Shown one piece after another: positions 9,372 through 21,822 of a DNA stretch of 64,000 nucleotides (positions within the stretch are counted from its first letter, which is position 1; each line of letters begins with the position of its first letter). The stretch is from a bacterium (GTDB lineage Bacteria > Bdellovibrionota_C > UBA2361 > CALJRW01): NCBI GenBank assembly GCA_031385045.1, contig JANNBC010000060.1, positions 1 through 64,000 of the forward strand, read 5' to 3'. Made by a program: the position numbers and the translations under genes. The notes beneath the pieces are model-generated. The model ran no database searches. It was not told the origin of the DNA and was given only the letters and a program-made list of their open reading frames with translations.

Positions 9372-10070
9372 ATGAGTACAGAAGCGAAAGACATCAACAC
9401 ACCAGCAACTGAAACTGGGGCAACTACAACAGGGAAGGTGGAAGCTGTAGCTCCTAAAAAAAGAACAGTTAAGGATATCGTAAGCTCGGAAGTACGCCGA
9501 AGATCAAATGCCAAGAAAAAGATTGCGGATCCCAATATTCGCTTAGAGTGGTATATCGTTCAAGCCTACGCCAACCTAGAAAATCGTGTAATGCAGGCAA
9601 TCAAAGACCGCATTGAGAAAGAAGGTTTGAGTGAATATTTTGGTGAAGTAAAAGTTCCACAAGAAGAAGTGATGGAACTGGTGAAGGGCGAAAAACATAA
9701 AGTTAATCGTAAGTTTTTCCCAGGTTATATTCTAATTCAAATGCATTTGAATGATGAAACAAAGCATTTGATTAACAACACTCCAAAGGTTGTTGGATTT
9801 GTTGGCGATGCTCATAATCCAATGCCGATGAGTGAGCAGGAAGTAGAAAATCTGATGACTCAGATGGAAGAAGGTTCTACGGCCTTGGCTGGCAACTTGA
9901 GTTTTGAAGTTGGTGATACTGTGAAAGTAACGGAAGGTCCGTTTATTGATTATATGGGGACAATTGAAGAAGTTAAGGCTGATAAAGCTAAGCTTCGTGT
10001 CCTTTTCAGTATCTTTGGAAGAGCGACTCCAGTGGAGTTAGATTTTTACCAAGTACAAAAACAGATATAA
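9372..10070 (+). CDS. nusG: Transcription factor NusG with N-terminal extension
   Basis: WYIVQ, RKFFPGY, KOW domain GPF, IFGRATPVEL. Confidence 0.96.
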   Translation: MSTEAKDINTPATETGATTTGKVEAVAPKKRTVKDIVSSEVRRRSNAKKKIADPNIRLEWYIVQAYANLENRVMQAIKDRIEKEGLSEYFGEVKVPQEEVMELVKGEKHKVNRKFFPGYILIQMHLNDETKHLINNTPKVVGFVGDAHNPMPMSEQEVENLMTQMEEGSTALAGNLSFEVGDTVKVTEGPFIDYMGTIEEVKADKAKLRVLFSIFGRATPVELDFYQVQKQI

Positions 10071-10135
10071 GTCCTAAGGGATTGATAGATTTTAATGCTT
10101 GCTTGCAAGCGAAAAGTTTTTTTTAGAAAATTAAA

Positions 10136-10564
10136 ATGGCTAAGAAGGAAGTTACCAAGGTAATTAAATTACAAATCGAAGGTGGAAAGGCGAATCCAGC
10201 TCCACCAATTGGACCAGTACTAGGTCAGAATGGTGTTAACATCATGGATTTCTGTAAGCAGTTTAACGCTGCGACTCAGAAAGATATTGGCGTAGTAATA
10301 CCAGTAGAGATTTCAGTTTATAAAGATCGTTCATTCACTTTTATTTGTAAGACACCTCCAGTTTCTTACCTTTTAAAAGAAGCAGCTAACATTAAAAAAG
10401 GTTCATCTATTCCTAACGCTGATTTTGTTGGCAAGGTGACTAAGGCTCAGATCCGCGAAATTGCTGTTAAGAAACTTCAGGATTTAAATACGGAAAATGT
10501 TGATTCTGCCTATAATTCTGTGGCTGGTACTGCTCGCAGTATGGGCATTAAGGTTGTTGATTAA
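10136..10564 (+). CDS. rplK: 50S ribosomal protein L11
   Basis: [20 protein letters not shown]. Confidence 0.98.
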   Translation: MAKKEVTKVIKLQIEGGKANPAPPIGPVLGQNGVNIMDFCKQFNAATQKDIGVVIPVEISVYKDRSFTFICKTPPVSYLLKEAANIKKGSSIPNADFVGKVTKAQIREIAVKKLQDLNTENVDSAYNSVAGTARSMGIKVVD

Positions 10565-10588
10565 GATATTGTTTATAGAGAGTAAGTT

Positions 10589-11284
10589 ATGGCTAAGAAA
10601 GGAAAAAGATATTCAGCTCAAGTTGCCAAAGTAGAAGAATTAAAACTTTATGGTTTAAACGAAGCCTGCGCGCTTGTTTCTTCAACTGGTAGTGCTAAGT
10701 TTGACGAAGGTGTTGATGTTGCAGTACGTTTAGGAGTTGATCCACGTAAGGCTGACCAAAATATCCGTGGAAGCGTTGCCTTGCCCCATGGTCTAGGAAA
10801 AACTATCCGTGTAGCCGTGTTTGCTAAAGGTGATAAGGCCGAAGAAGCCAAGAAAGCAGGTGCTGATATCGTTGGTGCAGAAGATCTAGCTGAGCAGATT
10901 CAAGCTGGTAAAATGGATTTTGATACACTAATCGCAACACCTGACATGATGGTTCTAGTTGGTAAGGTTGGTAAAGTATTAGGGCCACGAGGGTTAATGC
11001 CTTCACCTAAAGTTGGAACAGTAACAGTGGATGTTGCTAATACAATTAAGGCTGTTAAGGCTGGTATGGCTGAGTACAAAGTTGATAAAGAAGGAGCAGT
11101 TCATGCTTCAGTTGGTAAGGCTTCTTTCGGTGCTCAAAAATTACAAGAGAATGTTGAAGCTCTTTTTGTTGCTTTAAATCGTGCTAAGCCACAAACAAGC
11201 AAAGGTGTTTATCTGAAAAGTGCATCGATGTCTGCAACAATGGGGCCTGGTGTTAAATTTGATTTATCAGCTTTAAGACAGTAA
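10589..11284 (+). CDS. rplA: 50S ribosomal protein L1
   Basis: [23 protein letters not shown]. Confidence 0.98.
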   Translation: MAKKGKRYSAQVAKVEELKLYGLNEACALVSSTGSAKFDEGVDVAVRLGVDPRKADQNIRGSVALPHGLGKTIRVAVFAKGDKAEEAKKAGADIVGAEDLAEQIQAGKMDFDTLIATPDMMVLVGKVGKVLGPRGLMPSPKVGTVTVDVANTIKAVKAGMAEYKVDKEGAVHASVGKASFGAQKLQENVEALFVALNRAKPQTSKGVYLKSASMSATMGPGVKFDLSALRQ

Positions 11285-11319
11285 TAACAATTAACTAGAA
11301 TTTTAATAAAGAGAAAATT

Positions 11320-11859
11320 ATGAAATCTCATAATGATAAGGTTGGTGATTTAGCGTTTGTTGAAGAGTCTTTTGAGAACTCTCAGATCGCTTTTTGCGTA
11401 GACTATCTTGGCCTAACAGTTTCTCAAGTTACAAACTTGAGAGTGCAACTTAACCAAGTGGGAGCAGAAGCTAAAGTAGTTAAGAATACATTAGCAAAAT
11501 TAGCCGCTACAAAATGTTTCAAAGAGAGTTCAGCAGCTGACTTAGAAAAGTTTAATAATCTTTTCACTGGTCCTTCCATGTTGGTCTTTGGTAAGGAAGA
11601 TGCAGTGAGCTCGGCAAAAGTTATCGCGAAATTTGCCAAAGAAAATGAAAAGTTATCGATTAAAGGTGGTTGGTTTGCTAACAAATTTATCGATGAAACA
11701 GGTGTTGAGGCGGTATCTAAGATGCCTTCTCGCGAAGAAGTCCTTGGGCAGTTATTAGCTTTAATAAATACTCCTGCTACACAGTTGTTGAGATTGATGA
11801 ATACACCAGCTCGACAAGTTGTACAGGTTATTGAAGCCCAAAGACAAAAGTTAAGTTAA
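11320..11859 (+). CDS. rplJ: 50S ribosomal protein L10
   Basis: DYLGLTV, VVKNTLA; synteny. Confidence 0.96.
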   Translation: MKSHNDKVGDLAFVEESFENSQIAFCVDYLGLTVSQVTNLRVQLNQVGAEAKVVKNTLAKLAATKCFKESSAADLEKFNNLFTGPSMLVFGKEDAVSSAKVIAKFAKENEKLSIKGGWFANKFIDETGVEAVSKMPSREEVLGQLLALINTPATQLLRLMNTPARQVVQVIEAQRQKLS

Positions 11860-11917
11860 TTATTCGATAGGGTAATTTAAAAAGTTTTAGAATTGATTTT
11901 TTATTAGGAGTAAAAAA

Positions 11918-12298
11918 ATGTCTGAAGTAACTCGTGATCAAGTTGTTGATTACATTAAAGGTATGTCTCTATTAGATGCTGCGGATCTAGTTAAGACTTT
12001 AGAAAAAGAGCTTGGTGTTAGTGCTGCTGCTCCAGTTGCCATGATGGCTGCTGCTGGTGGGGCTGCTGCTGAAGCTGCTGAAGAAAAAACAGAATTCGAT
12101 GTAATTCTGGAAGATGGTGGTGCAGAGCGCGTAAAAGTAATTAAAGTTGTACGTGAAGTCACAGGTTTAGGCTTAAAAGAAGCTAAAGACCTTGTTGATA
12201 ATGCTCCAAAACCAGTAAAAGAAGCTTGTTCTAAAGCTGAAGCTGATGAAGTCTTGAAAAAGATTGTTGAAGCTGGCGGTAAAGCTGCTGTTAAGTAG
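11918..12298 (+). CDS. rplL: 50S ribosomal protein L7/L12
   Basis: [21 protein letters not shown]. Confidence 0.98.
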   Translation: MSEVTRDQVVDYIKGMSLLDAADLVKTLEKELGVSAAAPVAMMAAAGGAAAEAAEEKTEFDVILEDGGAERVKVIKVVREVTGLGLKEAKDLVDNAPKPVKEACSKAEADEVLKKIVEAGGKAAVK

Positions 12299-12497
12299 GT
12301 AAAGATTCCAACTGTACATGTTACAGCTGGATTTTTAACCCCATTAAGGCGCGTATTCCTAGCTATTTACTTATCTAAGAATCTAGTCTAGGATGCGCTT
12401 CTTAAATTTTGACCAACTTAAACCAAAGCAACAAGTATTTTGACAACTGATTCTTATATAACCTTAAGAAATAAGGCAAAAGTATATTTTTGTTAAC

Positions 12498-12530
12498 CCG
12501 TTAACTGTATTGATCAGTGACGGCTTTTTT
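12498..12530 (+). terminator. Putative attenuator/terminator in the rplL-rpoB spacer
   Basis: ccgttaactg...cagtgacgg followed by a T-run. Confidence 0.45.
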
Positions 12531-12842
12531 GTGTTTTGTTGGTTAGAATGTCGAAGATTTAGTTAAATCTTCGTGAGGGCAGGTTTTTTATAAAAAAATC
12601 TAACTAAATTGTGATGCACTTAACTTTAAAAGTGTTTCATATTCTCTTAAAAGTGCTTCCAAATGCCATGCTAGATTCAGATTAAATTTTGAATGAGACA
12701 GGTTACTTTGGACACTAAGATTATTCGCGATTTAAAAAATTAGAGCAAGTAGTATTATCGATCAAGATAGTGCCTAATAATTTTTTAAATCTCAGTTTAA
12801 TCATACTAACTTTGTTGTATTGCACATTGGGATTGTTTGATA

Positions 12843-15800
12843 ATGGCCACTAAACTCAAAAATAACTTCCGAGTCCGACGTAATTATTCAAAAATTAAAG
12901 AAGCGATCGACGTACCTCATTTGATCACGCTTCAAAGAAAATCATACGAAACTTTTTTACAGAAAGATGTATCTCCTGAAAAAAGATCAAATATTGGATT
13001 AGAGCGAGTTTTTAAAACTATTTTTCCAGTTAAAGACTATAATGATGTCGCTTCTCTAGAATATTCTTCTTACACAATTGGTGAACCTAAGTATGACATT
13101 GAAGAATGTCGTGCCCGAGGCATGACTTGGTCTGCACCACTTAGAGTAACAATTCAACTAGTTCTTTGGGATACTGATCCTGATAATGGTGTTAAGAATC
13201 TTAGTGCTTTAAAGGAAGACGAAGTATACTTCGGAGAAGTTCCTTTAATGACTGACAAGGGAACTTTCATTATTAATGGTACTGAGCGAGTTATCGTAAG
13301 TCAGTTGCATCGCTCTCCTGGTGTATTCTTTAACCATGATAATGGTAAGTCGCACGTCTCAGGTAAATTATTATATAATGCTCGCGTAATTCCATACCGT
13401 GGTTCTTGGTTAGATTTAGAATTTGATGCCAAAGACATTATGCACGTTCGGATTGACCGACGTCGTAAATTAAATGCTACTGTTCTTCTAAGAGCAATGG
13501 GTATGGCTTCTGATGATATTCTTTCTGAATACTACCATTCTGATATCCTTAATTTTGCTAAGAAAGGACTTGTTGTTAAAGAGTTCAAGCCAATGCAACT
13601 TGAAGGGCAACGTTCTTACCGTGATATCAAAATTGATGGTAAGGTTCTAATCAAGGCTGGTGCAAAGTTTAATCGCGCGATTATCCGCCGCTTAAAAGAA
13701 GCTAAGCTAGATTCTGTTGAAGTTGATCCAAGCGCTGTCGCTGGGATGATTTCTGCAAAAACAATCGTCGAAGCAATTGATGATGTCTTAAACCCAAACA
13801 ATGATGAAGTCATCATGGAAGCAGGAGATCTGCTAATTGGTTGGGATGCCGTCATGGAGAAGTTCGGAATGCTGTTTACAGATCTGGACTATGATGAAGC
13901 TCAGGAAATTTGTGAAAGCCTAAACGTTATTGTTTATGCGGGAGAGGAACTAACTGCTGATAAGGTTAATGCTAAAGGCGAAATCGTTGAAGCGGGAAAT
14001 GTTTCTGAATTAAGAGCTAGAAATATCAATGAGATTGAAGTTCTTTACATGGATGAGCGCCATATTGGTGATTCTCTATGGAGAACATTAATGACTGATA
14101 AATTAGCTCCAGAGCGTGATGATCTATATTCAAAAATCATTGGAAAACCAACAATCGACGCCCTTGTGGAAATCTATCGTCGTATTCGTCCGGGAGATCC
14201 ACCACGTCCTGAGACTGCTAGTGCAACTTTTGATAATTTATTCTTTAGCCCTGACCGTTATGACTTGTCAGAAATTGGTCGCTACAAGCTGAATTTCAAA
14301 CTTTATATTTCACAAGGTAAAGAGGCTCCAGCTGTAGAGCAGGGAACTCTTCATCAACAAGATATTAAAGAAACTGTTCGTTACTTGTTACATCTTCGTA
14401 CCGGGGCCGACACTTATAAATATCAAGTTGATGATATCGATCACTTGGGTAACCGACGTGTTCGTGCGGTAGGTGAGTTAGTTGAGAATCAGATCTTAGT
14501 TGGTCTTGTTCGAATGGAGCGTGCTGCTAAAGAAAGAATGAGCATGCAAGATGTTGATACTCTTGTACCTCAGGATTTGGTTAACTATAAATTGATTGCT
14601 GCTGTACTTAAAGAATTCTTTGGTTCTTCTCAGCTTTCTCAGTTTATGGATCAGGTCAATCCACTTTCTGAAATTACGCACAAACGTCGTCTATCAGCCT
14701 TAGGGCCTGGTGGATTAACTAGAGATCGCGCGGGCTTTGAAGTTCGTGACGTTAACTCCAGTCACTATGGACGTATTTGTCCGATTGAAACACCAGAAGG
14801 TCCAAACATTGGTTTGATTTCTTCGATGGCTGTTTACTCTCGTGTCAATGATTTTGGATTTCTAGAATCTCCTTACCGAATTGTAGATGACCAAGGTCGT
14901 GTAACTGAAGACGTAGTTTATCTTTCAGCATTAGAAGAAGAGCGCGAAGTAATTGCTCAAGCTAGTGCGAACATTTTGCCAAATGGTGAATTTGCTGATG
15001 ACACAACAATTTGTCGTCGAGCAGGTGATTACTTAATGGCCAACAAAGAAGATGTTACTAAAGTTGACGTTAGTCCTCGTCAGATTGTGAGTGTGGCTGC
15101 GGCTTTAATTCCTTTCTTAGAGAACGATGATGCTAACCGAGCCTTGATGGGATCGAATATGCAACGTCAGGCAGTACCTTGTCTTAAATCCATGGCACCA
15201 CTTGTGGGAACAGGGATGGAAAGAATTGTTGCGCGTGACTCAGGTTCGACAATCGTAGCTAAGCGTCCAGGTAAAGTAATTACTGTTGATGCTGAGCGAA
15301 TTGTAATCAAAGCTGACCGTGCTTCTGATGATGCTTTAGATACAGGGGTAGATATCTATAACTTGTACAAGTATCAGCGTTCTAACCAAGATACATGTAT
15401 TAACCAGAAGCCGATTGTTCGCGCTGGTGAGAAAGTATCACGTGGTGAAGTTATTGCTGATGGACCAAGTACAGACATGGCGGAATTGGCCTTAGGTCAA
15501 AACGTTGTAGTAGCTTTCATGCCTTGGAATGGATACAACTTTGAGGACTCAATTTTAATTAACGAAAACTTAGTTAAGAAAGATATCTTCACTTCTATCC
15601 ACATCGATAGTTACGAGTGTTTAGCTCGTGATACGAAGCTTGGGAAAGAAGAAGTTACTCAGGATATTCCAAACATTGGTGAAGATTCTTTAAAAAATCT
15701 TGACGAGTCCGGGATTGTTCGTGTCGGAACAGAGGTGTCTCATGGTGATATCTTAGTTGGTAAAGTAACTCCAAAGAGTGAAACTCAGCTAAGCCCAGAA

Positions 15801-17312
15801 GAGAAATTGTTAAGAGCTATCTTCGGTGAAAAAGCCGGTGAGGTTCGTGACACAAGTCTTCGATTACCTCCAGGAGCTGGTGGAACAATTATTGGTACGC
15901 AAGTATTTTCTCGCAAAGGTATTGAAAAAGATGAACGAGCTCTAGCTTTAGAGAAACAAGAAATTGCTCGTTATGAAATGGATTACCGCGATGAAGTTAA
16001 TATCATTAAAGATGCTGCTGTAGTAGAAGTTGCTGCTTTTTATAAAGGCAAAGTAACAACAGTTAAGTTAGTTGATGATAAGCGTAAAGATTTAATCGCT
16101 AAGGGTGATACTTTAACTCCTGAAATGCTAATGGAAGTTCCTTTTGAATATTTAAGAGATATTCAAGTTGGGGATGATGCACTTCAAGAAAAAGTGAATT
16201 CAATTGTGGTCAAAACTGGTCAGCTTATTAATAACAAGCGTACTGTTCTGCAAGAGAAGATCAAACGAATCAAGGAAGGTGATGAATTAGCGCCTGGTGT
16301 AGTTAAGATGGTAAAAGTCTTTGTTGCCCATAAACGTAAAATTCAAATCGGGGATAAGTTAGCCGGTCGTCATGGAAACAAAGGGGTTCTATCTCAAGTT
16401 GTTCCGCAAGAAGACATGCCTTACTTACCAGATGGAACACCAGTTGATGTTGTGCTTAACCCACTTGGGGTACCTTCGCGGATGAACGTTGGTCAGATTT
16501 TGGAAGTTCACTTAGGTCTAGCTGCTTGGGAATTAGGTCGTAAACTTACTGAAGTTATCAGTGTTGTTGTTGATCCATTAACTGGCGCAGATCGTAAAGG
16601 AACTACAGCTACTGATCGTGAGTCTGTTAATCAACAACTTCATGCAATCTTTAAAGTTGCTTACGGCGATGAGCTTTACAACGAAGAGATTTCTAAACTT
16701 AGCGAACAAGCCTTAATTGAACTTGCTCGAAAAGAACAAACAGGAATTCATTTTGCAACTCCAGTATTTGATGCTGCGAAAGAAGAAAGCATTCGCTCAC
16801 TTCTTAAATTCAGCGGTCATGAAGAGTCTGGTAAAGTTACCTTGTTTGATGGACGAACTGGGGAAGCCTTCGCTGAGAAAGTTACAGTTGGTGTGATGTA
16901 CATCCTAAAACTGGATCACTTAGTTGAAGACAAGATGCACGCTCGTTCTATTGGGCCTTACTCACTTGTAACGCAACAGCCATTGGGTGGTAAAGCACAA
17001 TTTGGTGGTCAGCGTCTTGGAGAGATGGAAGTTTGGGCTCTAGAAGCATATGGAGCAGCTTATTCATTACAAGAATTCTTAACAGTAAAATCAGATGATG
17101 TTGCTGGTAGAACTAGAATGTATGAGTCCATTGTTAAAGGTGAACATACTCTGGAACCAGGTTTACCAGAATCATTTAATGTTATGATTAAAGAGCTACA
17201 ATCTTTAAGCTTAAATATTGAACTGTTAGAAGGTAATCAAGGAGAAACTGCAGTTGCAGTTGATCAAGATACTGATGACATGATTGAAAATGTAACTGGC
17301 GCAGTTGCCTAA
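12843..17312 (+). CDS. rpoB: RNA polymerase beta subunit (ATG at 12843 preferred to TTG at 12837)
   Basis: [49 protein letters not shown]. Confidence 0.99.
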   Translation: MATKLKNNFRVRRNYSKIKEAIDVPHLITLQRKSYETFLQKDVSPEKRSNIGLERVFKTIFPVKDYNDVASLEYSSYTIGEPKYDIEECRARGMTWSAPLRVTIQLVLWDTDPDNGVKNLSALKEDEVYFGEVPLMTDKGTFIINGTERVIVSQLHRSPGVFFNHDNGKSHVSGKLLYNARVIPYRGSWLDLEFDAKDIMHVRIDRRRKLNATVLLRAMGMASDDILSEYYHSDILNFAKKGLVVKEFKPMQLEGQRSYRDIKIDGKVLIKAGAKFNRAIIRRLKEAKLDSVEVDPSAVAGMISAKTIVEAIDDVLNPNNDEVIMEAGDLLIGWDAVMEKFGMLFTDLDYDEAQEICESLNVIVYAGEELTADKVNAKGEIVEAGNVSELRARNINEIEVLYMDERHIGDSLWRTLMTDKLAPERDDLYSKIIGKPTIDALVEIYRRIRPGDPPRPETASATFDNLFFSPDRYDLSEIGRYKLNFKLYISQGKEAPAVEQGTLHQQDIKETVRYLLHLRTGADTYKYQVDDIDHLGNRRVRAVGELVENQILVGLVRMERAAKERMSMQDVDTLVPQDLVNYKLIAAVLKEFFGSSQLSQFMDQVNPLSEITHKRRLSALGPGGLTRDRAGFEVRDVNSSHYGRICPIETPEGPNIGLISSMAVYSRVNDFGFLESPYRIVDDQGRVTEDVVYLSALEEEREVIAQASANILPNGEFADDTTICRRAGDYLMANKEDVTKVDVSPRQIVSVAAALIPFLENDDANRALMGSNMQRQAVPCLKSMAPLVGTGMERIVARDSGSTIVAKRPGKVITVDAERIVIKADRASDDALDTGVDIYNLYKYQRSNQDTCINQKPIVRAGEKVSRGEVIADGPSTDMAELALGQNVVVAFMPWNGYNFEDSILINENLVKKDIFTSIHIDSYECLARDTKLGKEEVTQDIPNIGEDSLKNLDESGIVRVGTEVSHGDILVGKVTPKSETQLSPEEKLLRAIFGEKAGEVRDTSLRLPPGAGGTIIGTQVFSRKGIEKDERALALEKQEIARYEMDYRDEVNIIKDAAVVEVAAFYKGKVTTVKLVDDKRKDLIAKGDTLTPEMLMEVPFEYLRDIQVGDDALQEKVNSIVVKTGQLINNKRTVLQEKIKRIKEGDELAPGVVKMVKVFVAHKRKIQIGDKLAGRHGNKGVLSQVVPQEDMPYLPDGTPVDVVLNPLGVPSRMNVGQILEVHLGLAAWELGRKLTEVISVVVDPLTGADRKGTTATDRESVNQQLHAIFKVAYGDELYNEEISKLSEQALIELARKEQTGIHFATPVFDAAKEESIRSLLKFSGHEESGKVTLFDGRTGEAFAEKVTVGVMYILKLDHLVEDKMHARSIGPYSLVTQQPLGGKAQFGGQRLGEMEVWALEAYGAAYSLQEFLTVKSDDVAGRTRMYESIVKGEHTLEPGLPESFNVMIKELQSLSLNIELLEGNQGETAVAVDQDTDDMIENVTGAVA

Positions 17313-17318
17313 ATACCC

Positions 17319-17355
17319 TAAGCGCCACTAAGTTTTAAAAACTTAGTGGCGCTTA
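17319..17355. repeat. Perfect 18-bp palindrome between rpoB and rpoC
   Basis: taagcgccactaagtttt-a-aaaacttagtggcgctta; no U-tract. Confidence 0.8.
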
Positions 17356-17386
17356 ATAGAAACAAATATACCAAAAAAGAAAAACT

Positions 17387-20300
17387 ATGAGTGATATATT
17401 TAGCCTTTTTAATAAACCGAAAAGCCCAGTTGACTACAGTGCTGTAAAAATCTCTTTGGCTGGTCCAGAGATGATTCGCTCTTGGTCTAGTGGTGAAGTA
17501 ACAAAGCCTGAAACTATCAACTACCGAACATTAAAGCCGGAACGCGATGGTTTGTTTTGTGCTAAAACATTTGGACCTGTTAAGGATTACGAGTGTGTTT
17601 GTGGTAAGTACAAAAGATTACGTCACCGTGGTGTTGTTTGTGAAAAATGTGGTGTGGAAGTTATTGAATCTAAAGTTCGACGTGAACGTTTGGGTCACAT
17701 TGAACTTGCTTGCCCTGTTGCTCATATTTGGTTCTTAAAAAGTTTACCAAGTCGTATCGGTACAATTCTAGACATTACTTTACGCGACTTAGAGAAAGTA
17801 CTTTACTTTGAAGCTTACATTGTTACTGAAGATGGAGATTCTGATTTTGAAATTGGTCAGATTCTGACAGAAAAAGAATTCCGTGATGCTCAAAAAGAAA
17901 TGGCCAGTGGAACTGGTGAAGAGTTTAAAGCTGGAATGGGTGCAGAATCAATTGAAGTCCTATTAAAGCAATTAAATCTTCAAGAAATGTACGATACTCT
18001 TCGTGCAGAAATTAAAGATGTTACTTCTGTTGCTAAGAAGAAGAAAATTGCTAAACGCTTAAAAGTTGTTAGCGCTTTCTTAGAATCTGGGAACACTCCA
18101 CAGTCAATGGTACTAAAAGTATTGCCTGTTATTCCACCAGATCTTCGTCCGTTAGTCCCACTTGATGGTGGACGATTTGCGACAAGCGATCTGAACGATT
18201 TATACCGTCGTGTTATTAACCGTAACAACCGTTTAAAGAGATTAATTACTCTTCAAGCTCCAGACATTATTGTTCGTAACGAGAAGCGGATGTTGCAAGA
18301 GTCTGTTGATGCACTTTTAGATAATGGCCGTCGTGGTAGAACTGTTACAGGTCCTAACAAGCGCCCACTTAAATCTTTAAGTGATATTCTTAAAGGTAAG
18401 ACTGGACGTTTCCGTCAGAACTTACTTGGAAAGCGTGTTGATTACTCTGGACGTTCAGTAATTGTTGCTGGCCCGGAATTAAGATTACATCAGTGCGGAT
18501 TACCAAAGCAGATGGCTTTGGAATTATTCCGTCCATTTATTTATAACAAATTAGAAACTAAAGGTTACGTTGCTACAATTAAAAGTGCCAAGAAAATGGT
18601 GGAGCAAGGTAAAGAAGTAGTTTGGGATATTCTTGATGAAGTTATTAAAGAGCACCCAGTGTTACTTAACCGTGCACCAACTCTTCACCGACTTGGACTT
18701 CAAGCATTCGAACCAATCCTAGTTGAAGGTAAAGCGATTCGTTTACACCCACTTGTTTGTTTCGCGTTTAATGCTGACTTTGATGGTGACCAGATGGCTG
18801 TTCACGTTCCGCTTTCTGTGGAAGCTCAGGTTGAAGCACGAGTGCTAATGATGGCTACTAATAACATTCTTAGCCCGCAAAGTGGTAAGCCAGTTATTCC
18901 ACCATCTCAAGATATTGTACTTGGACTTTATTACATGTCTCGTATCCGTCCTTTCGCTAAAGGTTCTGGACGAACATTTGCTAACCCAGGTGAGCTTTGG
19001 TTCGCATGGCAGTCAGGTGAAGTTAATGTTCAGGCTGGTGTTAAATGTAGAATTAACGGGAAGATTGAAGAAACTTCAGTTGGACGAGTTCTTTTCTACT
19101 ACATGGTACCAGATACATTACCATTTAAATTCTTTAACAGAGATTTAAAGAAAAAAGATCTTACGCAAATGCTGGATGAAGCCTACAGAACAGCTGGTAA
19201 TAAAGCTACTGTAATCTTTGCTGATCGCATGAAAGACATCGGATATCGTTTCGCAACTCTTGCTGGTATTTCAATCGGAATTGACGACATGACAATTCCA
19301 GAAAGCAAGCAAAGAATCCTTGCTGATGCTGATGCTAAAGTAATGGAAATTGATAATCAGTACCAAGAAGGTTTGATTACTATGGGAGAGCGTTATAACA
19401 AAGTCATCGATATTTGGTCAGACGTAGGGGATAATATTGCTGAAGATATGCTTCAGGGTATTTCTACTGCTGAATTCAAAAATGAAGAGACAGGGGAGAT
19501 AGTCCGCGGTTCTTCTTTCAATCCGATTTATGTAATGGCTGACTCAGGAGCTAGGGGTTCTAACCAACAGATTCGTCAGTTGGCTGGGATGCGTGGTTTG
19601 ATGGCTAAGCCGGATGGTTCTATTATTGAACAACCGATTAAATCTAACTTCCGTGAAGGATTAACAGTACAACAGTATTTCGTTTCTACTCACGGAGCTC
19701 GTAAAGGTTTGGCCGATACTGCTCTTAAAACAGCTAACTCTGGTTACTTAACTAGAAGATTGGTACTTGTTGCTCAGGATTGTATTATCACTGGTGAAGA
19801 TTGTGGTACGTCTCAAGGGATTCCTCAAACTGCTTTAATTGAAGGTGGTGAAGAGATTGAATCACTTACTAACCGAATTTTAGGGCGTGTTGCGGCTGAG
19901 GATATTTACGATTCAGTTACTAATGAAGTAATCGTTAAACAAGCTACAGAATTAGATGAAGTTGCTTGTGATGCAATCACTTCAGCTGGAATTGATAGTG
20001 TGATGATTCGCTCGGTATTAACTTGTGAATCTAAACGTGGTGTTTGTATTAAGTGTTATGGACGTGACTTAGGTCGTGGACACATGGTTAACATTGGTGA
20101 GCCAGTAGGGGTTATTGCTGCTCAGTCAATTGGGGAACCTGGTACACAGTTAACAATGCGTACGTTCCACGTAGGGGGAGCTGCCTCCGGTCGTTCAGAG
20201 CAATCTACTTTAGAAGCTCGTTTCTCAGGTAAAGTTAAGTTTGAAGAATTAAAATCTGTAGAGAAGAAAAATGGCGCAATCGTCGTTATGAATCGTAAAG

Positions 20301-21526
20301 CAGAATTGATTGTTCTTGATGCTCAAGACGGACGTGAAAGAGAACGTCGTAAACTTGTTTACGGTTCAACTCTAAAGGTTAAGAGTGGTGATGATGTGGT
20401 TGCTGGTCAGTTATTAGCTGAGTGGGATCCGTTTACTATTCCATTATTAACTGACGTTGCTGGTCGTATCGAGTGGCAAGATATCAGTGAGCTTACAATG
20501 GAAGAGCGTACTGATGAAAGAACTGGATTTGCGGAAAGAGAGATCATTCAAGCTAAAGATAAAACTTCAGATTTGAAACCGCGGCTTTTAATTCATACTG
20601 CGACAGGTGAAGTAAGAACATACAACTTACCAGTTGGTATTCGCTTAACTGTTGAGCATAATGTGGAAATCGATGCCGGTGATGTTATTGCTAAGCGTGA
20701 GAGAGCATCAACTAAGACGAAGGATATTACAGGGGGTCTTCCTCGCGTAGTTGAACTATTTGAAGCTCGTAAGCCAAAAGATCCAGCATTCGTTGCTGAT
20801 GTAGATGGTGTGATTGAGTTTGGAGAAGATCTTCGCGGTAAGCGCCGACTTTATATTCGTCCAGAATATGGTGATACTGTAGAATATTTAATTCCTAAGA
20901 ATAAGCATATCTCTGTAGAACAAGGTGACTTAGTTCGCTCAGGTGATACGATTACTGATGGTGATGAAAACCCTCATGATATCTTAAGAATTAAAGGTGT
21001 TTCTGCCCTTGCTGAATACTTAGTAAATGAAGTTCAGCAGATTTATCGCCTACAAGGTGTGCGAATCGATGATAAGCACATTGAAGTAATCGTTCGTCAG
21101 ATGTTAAGAAAAGTTTTAATCACTGATATGGGTGATTCTAACTTCTTGATTGAAGATAACGTCGAGAGAATTCGTGTCTTGGAAGAGAATCAGCGTTTAA
21201 TTGCTGCTGGTAAATCACCAGTGAAGTTTGAATATCAATTACTTGGTATTACAAAATCAGCCTTAAACACAGAATCTTTTATTACTGCTGCAAGTTTCCA
21301 AGAAACTACCAAGGTATTAACTCAGGCTTCAATCGCCGGAAAAGTTGATCACTTGATGGGATTAAAAGAAAACGTAGTAATGGGTAAATTAATTCCTGCT
21401 GGAACTGGGATCAAATCATACAAGAGCAAAGAAGTTTTTGTTGAAGGTCAAGAACAGGAACCAGTGGCTGAAGTTAAGCCAAGAATTACTCAGACTTCCA
21501 TCGAGTCCTTAGCAGCTTTATTGTAA
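17387..21526 (+). CDS. rpoC: RNA polymerase beta-prime subunit
   Basis: NADFDGD active site, Zn finger, [12 protein letters not shown]. Confidence 0.99.
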   Translation: MSDIFSLFNKPKSPVDYSAVKISLAGPEMIRSWSSGEVTKPETINYRTLKPERDGLFCAKTFGPVKDYECVCGKYKRLRHRGVVCEKCGVEVIESKVRRERLGHIELACPVAHIWFLKSLPSRIGTILDITLRDLEKVLYFEAYIVTEDGDSDFEIGQILTEKEFRDAQKEMASGTGEEFKAGMGAESIEVLLKQLNLQEMYDTLRAEIKDVTSVAKKKKIAKRLKVVSAFLESGNTPQSMVLKVLPVIPPDLRPLVPLDGGRFATSDLNDLYRRVINRNNRLKRLITLQAPDIIVRNEKRMLQESVDALLDNGRRGRTVTGPNKRPLKSLSDILKGKTGRFRQNLLGKRVDYSGRSVIVAGPELRLHQCGLPKQMALELFRPFIYNKLETKGYVATIKSAKKMVEQGKEVVWDILDEVIKEHPVLLNRAPTLHRLGLQAFEPILVEGKAIRLHPLVCFAFNADFDGDQMAVHVPLSVEAQVEARVLMMATNNILSPQSGKPVIPPSQDIVLGLYYMSRIRPFAKGSGRTFANPGELWFAWQSGEVNVQAGVKCRINGKIEETSVGRVLFYYMVPDTLPFKFFNRDLKKKDLTQMLDEAYRTAGNKATVIFADRMKDIGYRFATLAGISIGIDDMTIPESKQRILADADAKVMEIDNQYQEGLITMGERYNKVIDIWSDVGDNIAEDMLQGISTAEFKNEETGEIVRGSSFNPIYVMADSGARGSNQQIRQLAGMRGLMAKPDGSIIEQPIKSNFREGLTVQQYFVSTHGARKGLADTALKTANSGYLTRRLVLVAQDCIITGEDCGTSQGIPQTALIEGGEEIESLTNRILGRVAAEDIYDSVTNEVIVKQATELDEVACDAITSAGIDSVMIRSVLTCESKRGVCIKCYGRDLGRGHMVNIGEPVGVIAAQSIGEPGTQLTMRTFHVGGAASGRSEQSTLEARFSGKVKFEELKSVEKKNGAIVVMNRKAELIVLDAQDGRERERRKLVYGSTLKVKSGDDVVAGQLLAEWDPFTIPLLTDVAGRIEWQDISELTMEERTDERTGFAEREIIQAKDKTSDLKPRLLIHTATGEVRTYNLPVGIRLTVEHNVEIDAGDVIAKRERASTKTKDITGGLPRVVELFEARKPKDPAFVADVDGVIEFGEDLRGKRRLYIRPEYGDTVEYLIPKNKHISVEQGDLVRSGDTITDGDENPHDILRIKGVSALAEYLVNEVQQIYRLQGVRIDDKHIEVIVRQMLRKVLITDMGDSNFLIEDNVERIRVLEENQRLIAAGKSPVKFEYQLLGITKSALNTESFITAASFQETTKVLTQASIAGKVDHLMGLKENVVMGKLIPAGTGIKSYKSKEVFVEGQEQEPVAEVKPRITQTSIESLAALL

Positions 21527-21553
21527 AACAATAAAAAACTTTGATTGTTAATG

Positions 21554-21592
21554 AAAAAGCCAGTTTAGATTGTCTCCAAACTGGCTTTTTTT
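21554..21592. terminator. Bidirectional intrinsic terminator after rpoC
   Basis: aaaaagccagttt...aaactggctttttt. Confidence 0.85.
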
Positions 21593-21822
21593 GTGATCAT
21601 TGATTAAAGATAACTGGAAATTGATAAGTAATTTGTTATCTAATCTTCATCTCCAATGATCAGCTGAAATTCATGAGTTGCTTCACGGTTTAGTGGTAAG
21701 ATATAAAATAAGTTAATCAATTTTCTGTCTCCACCCTAATAATTGAAGGTTTTATTTAGCTATATTTCCAAATTTTAGATAATCTGAGGAAAATTGGCTT
21801 TCTCTAGGCCTTAAGTTACCTT

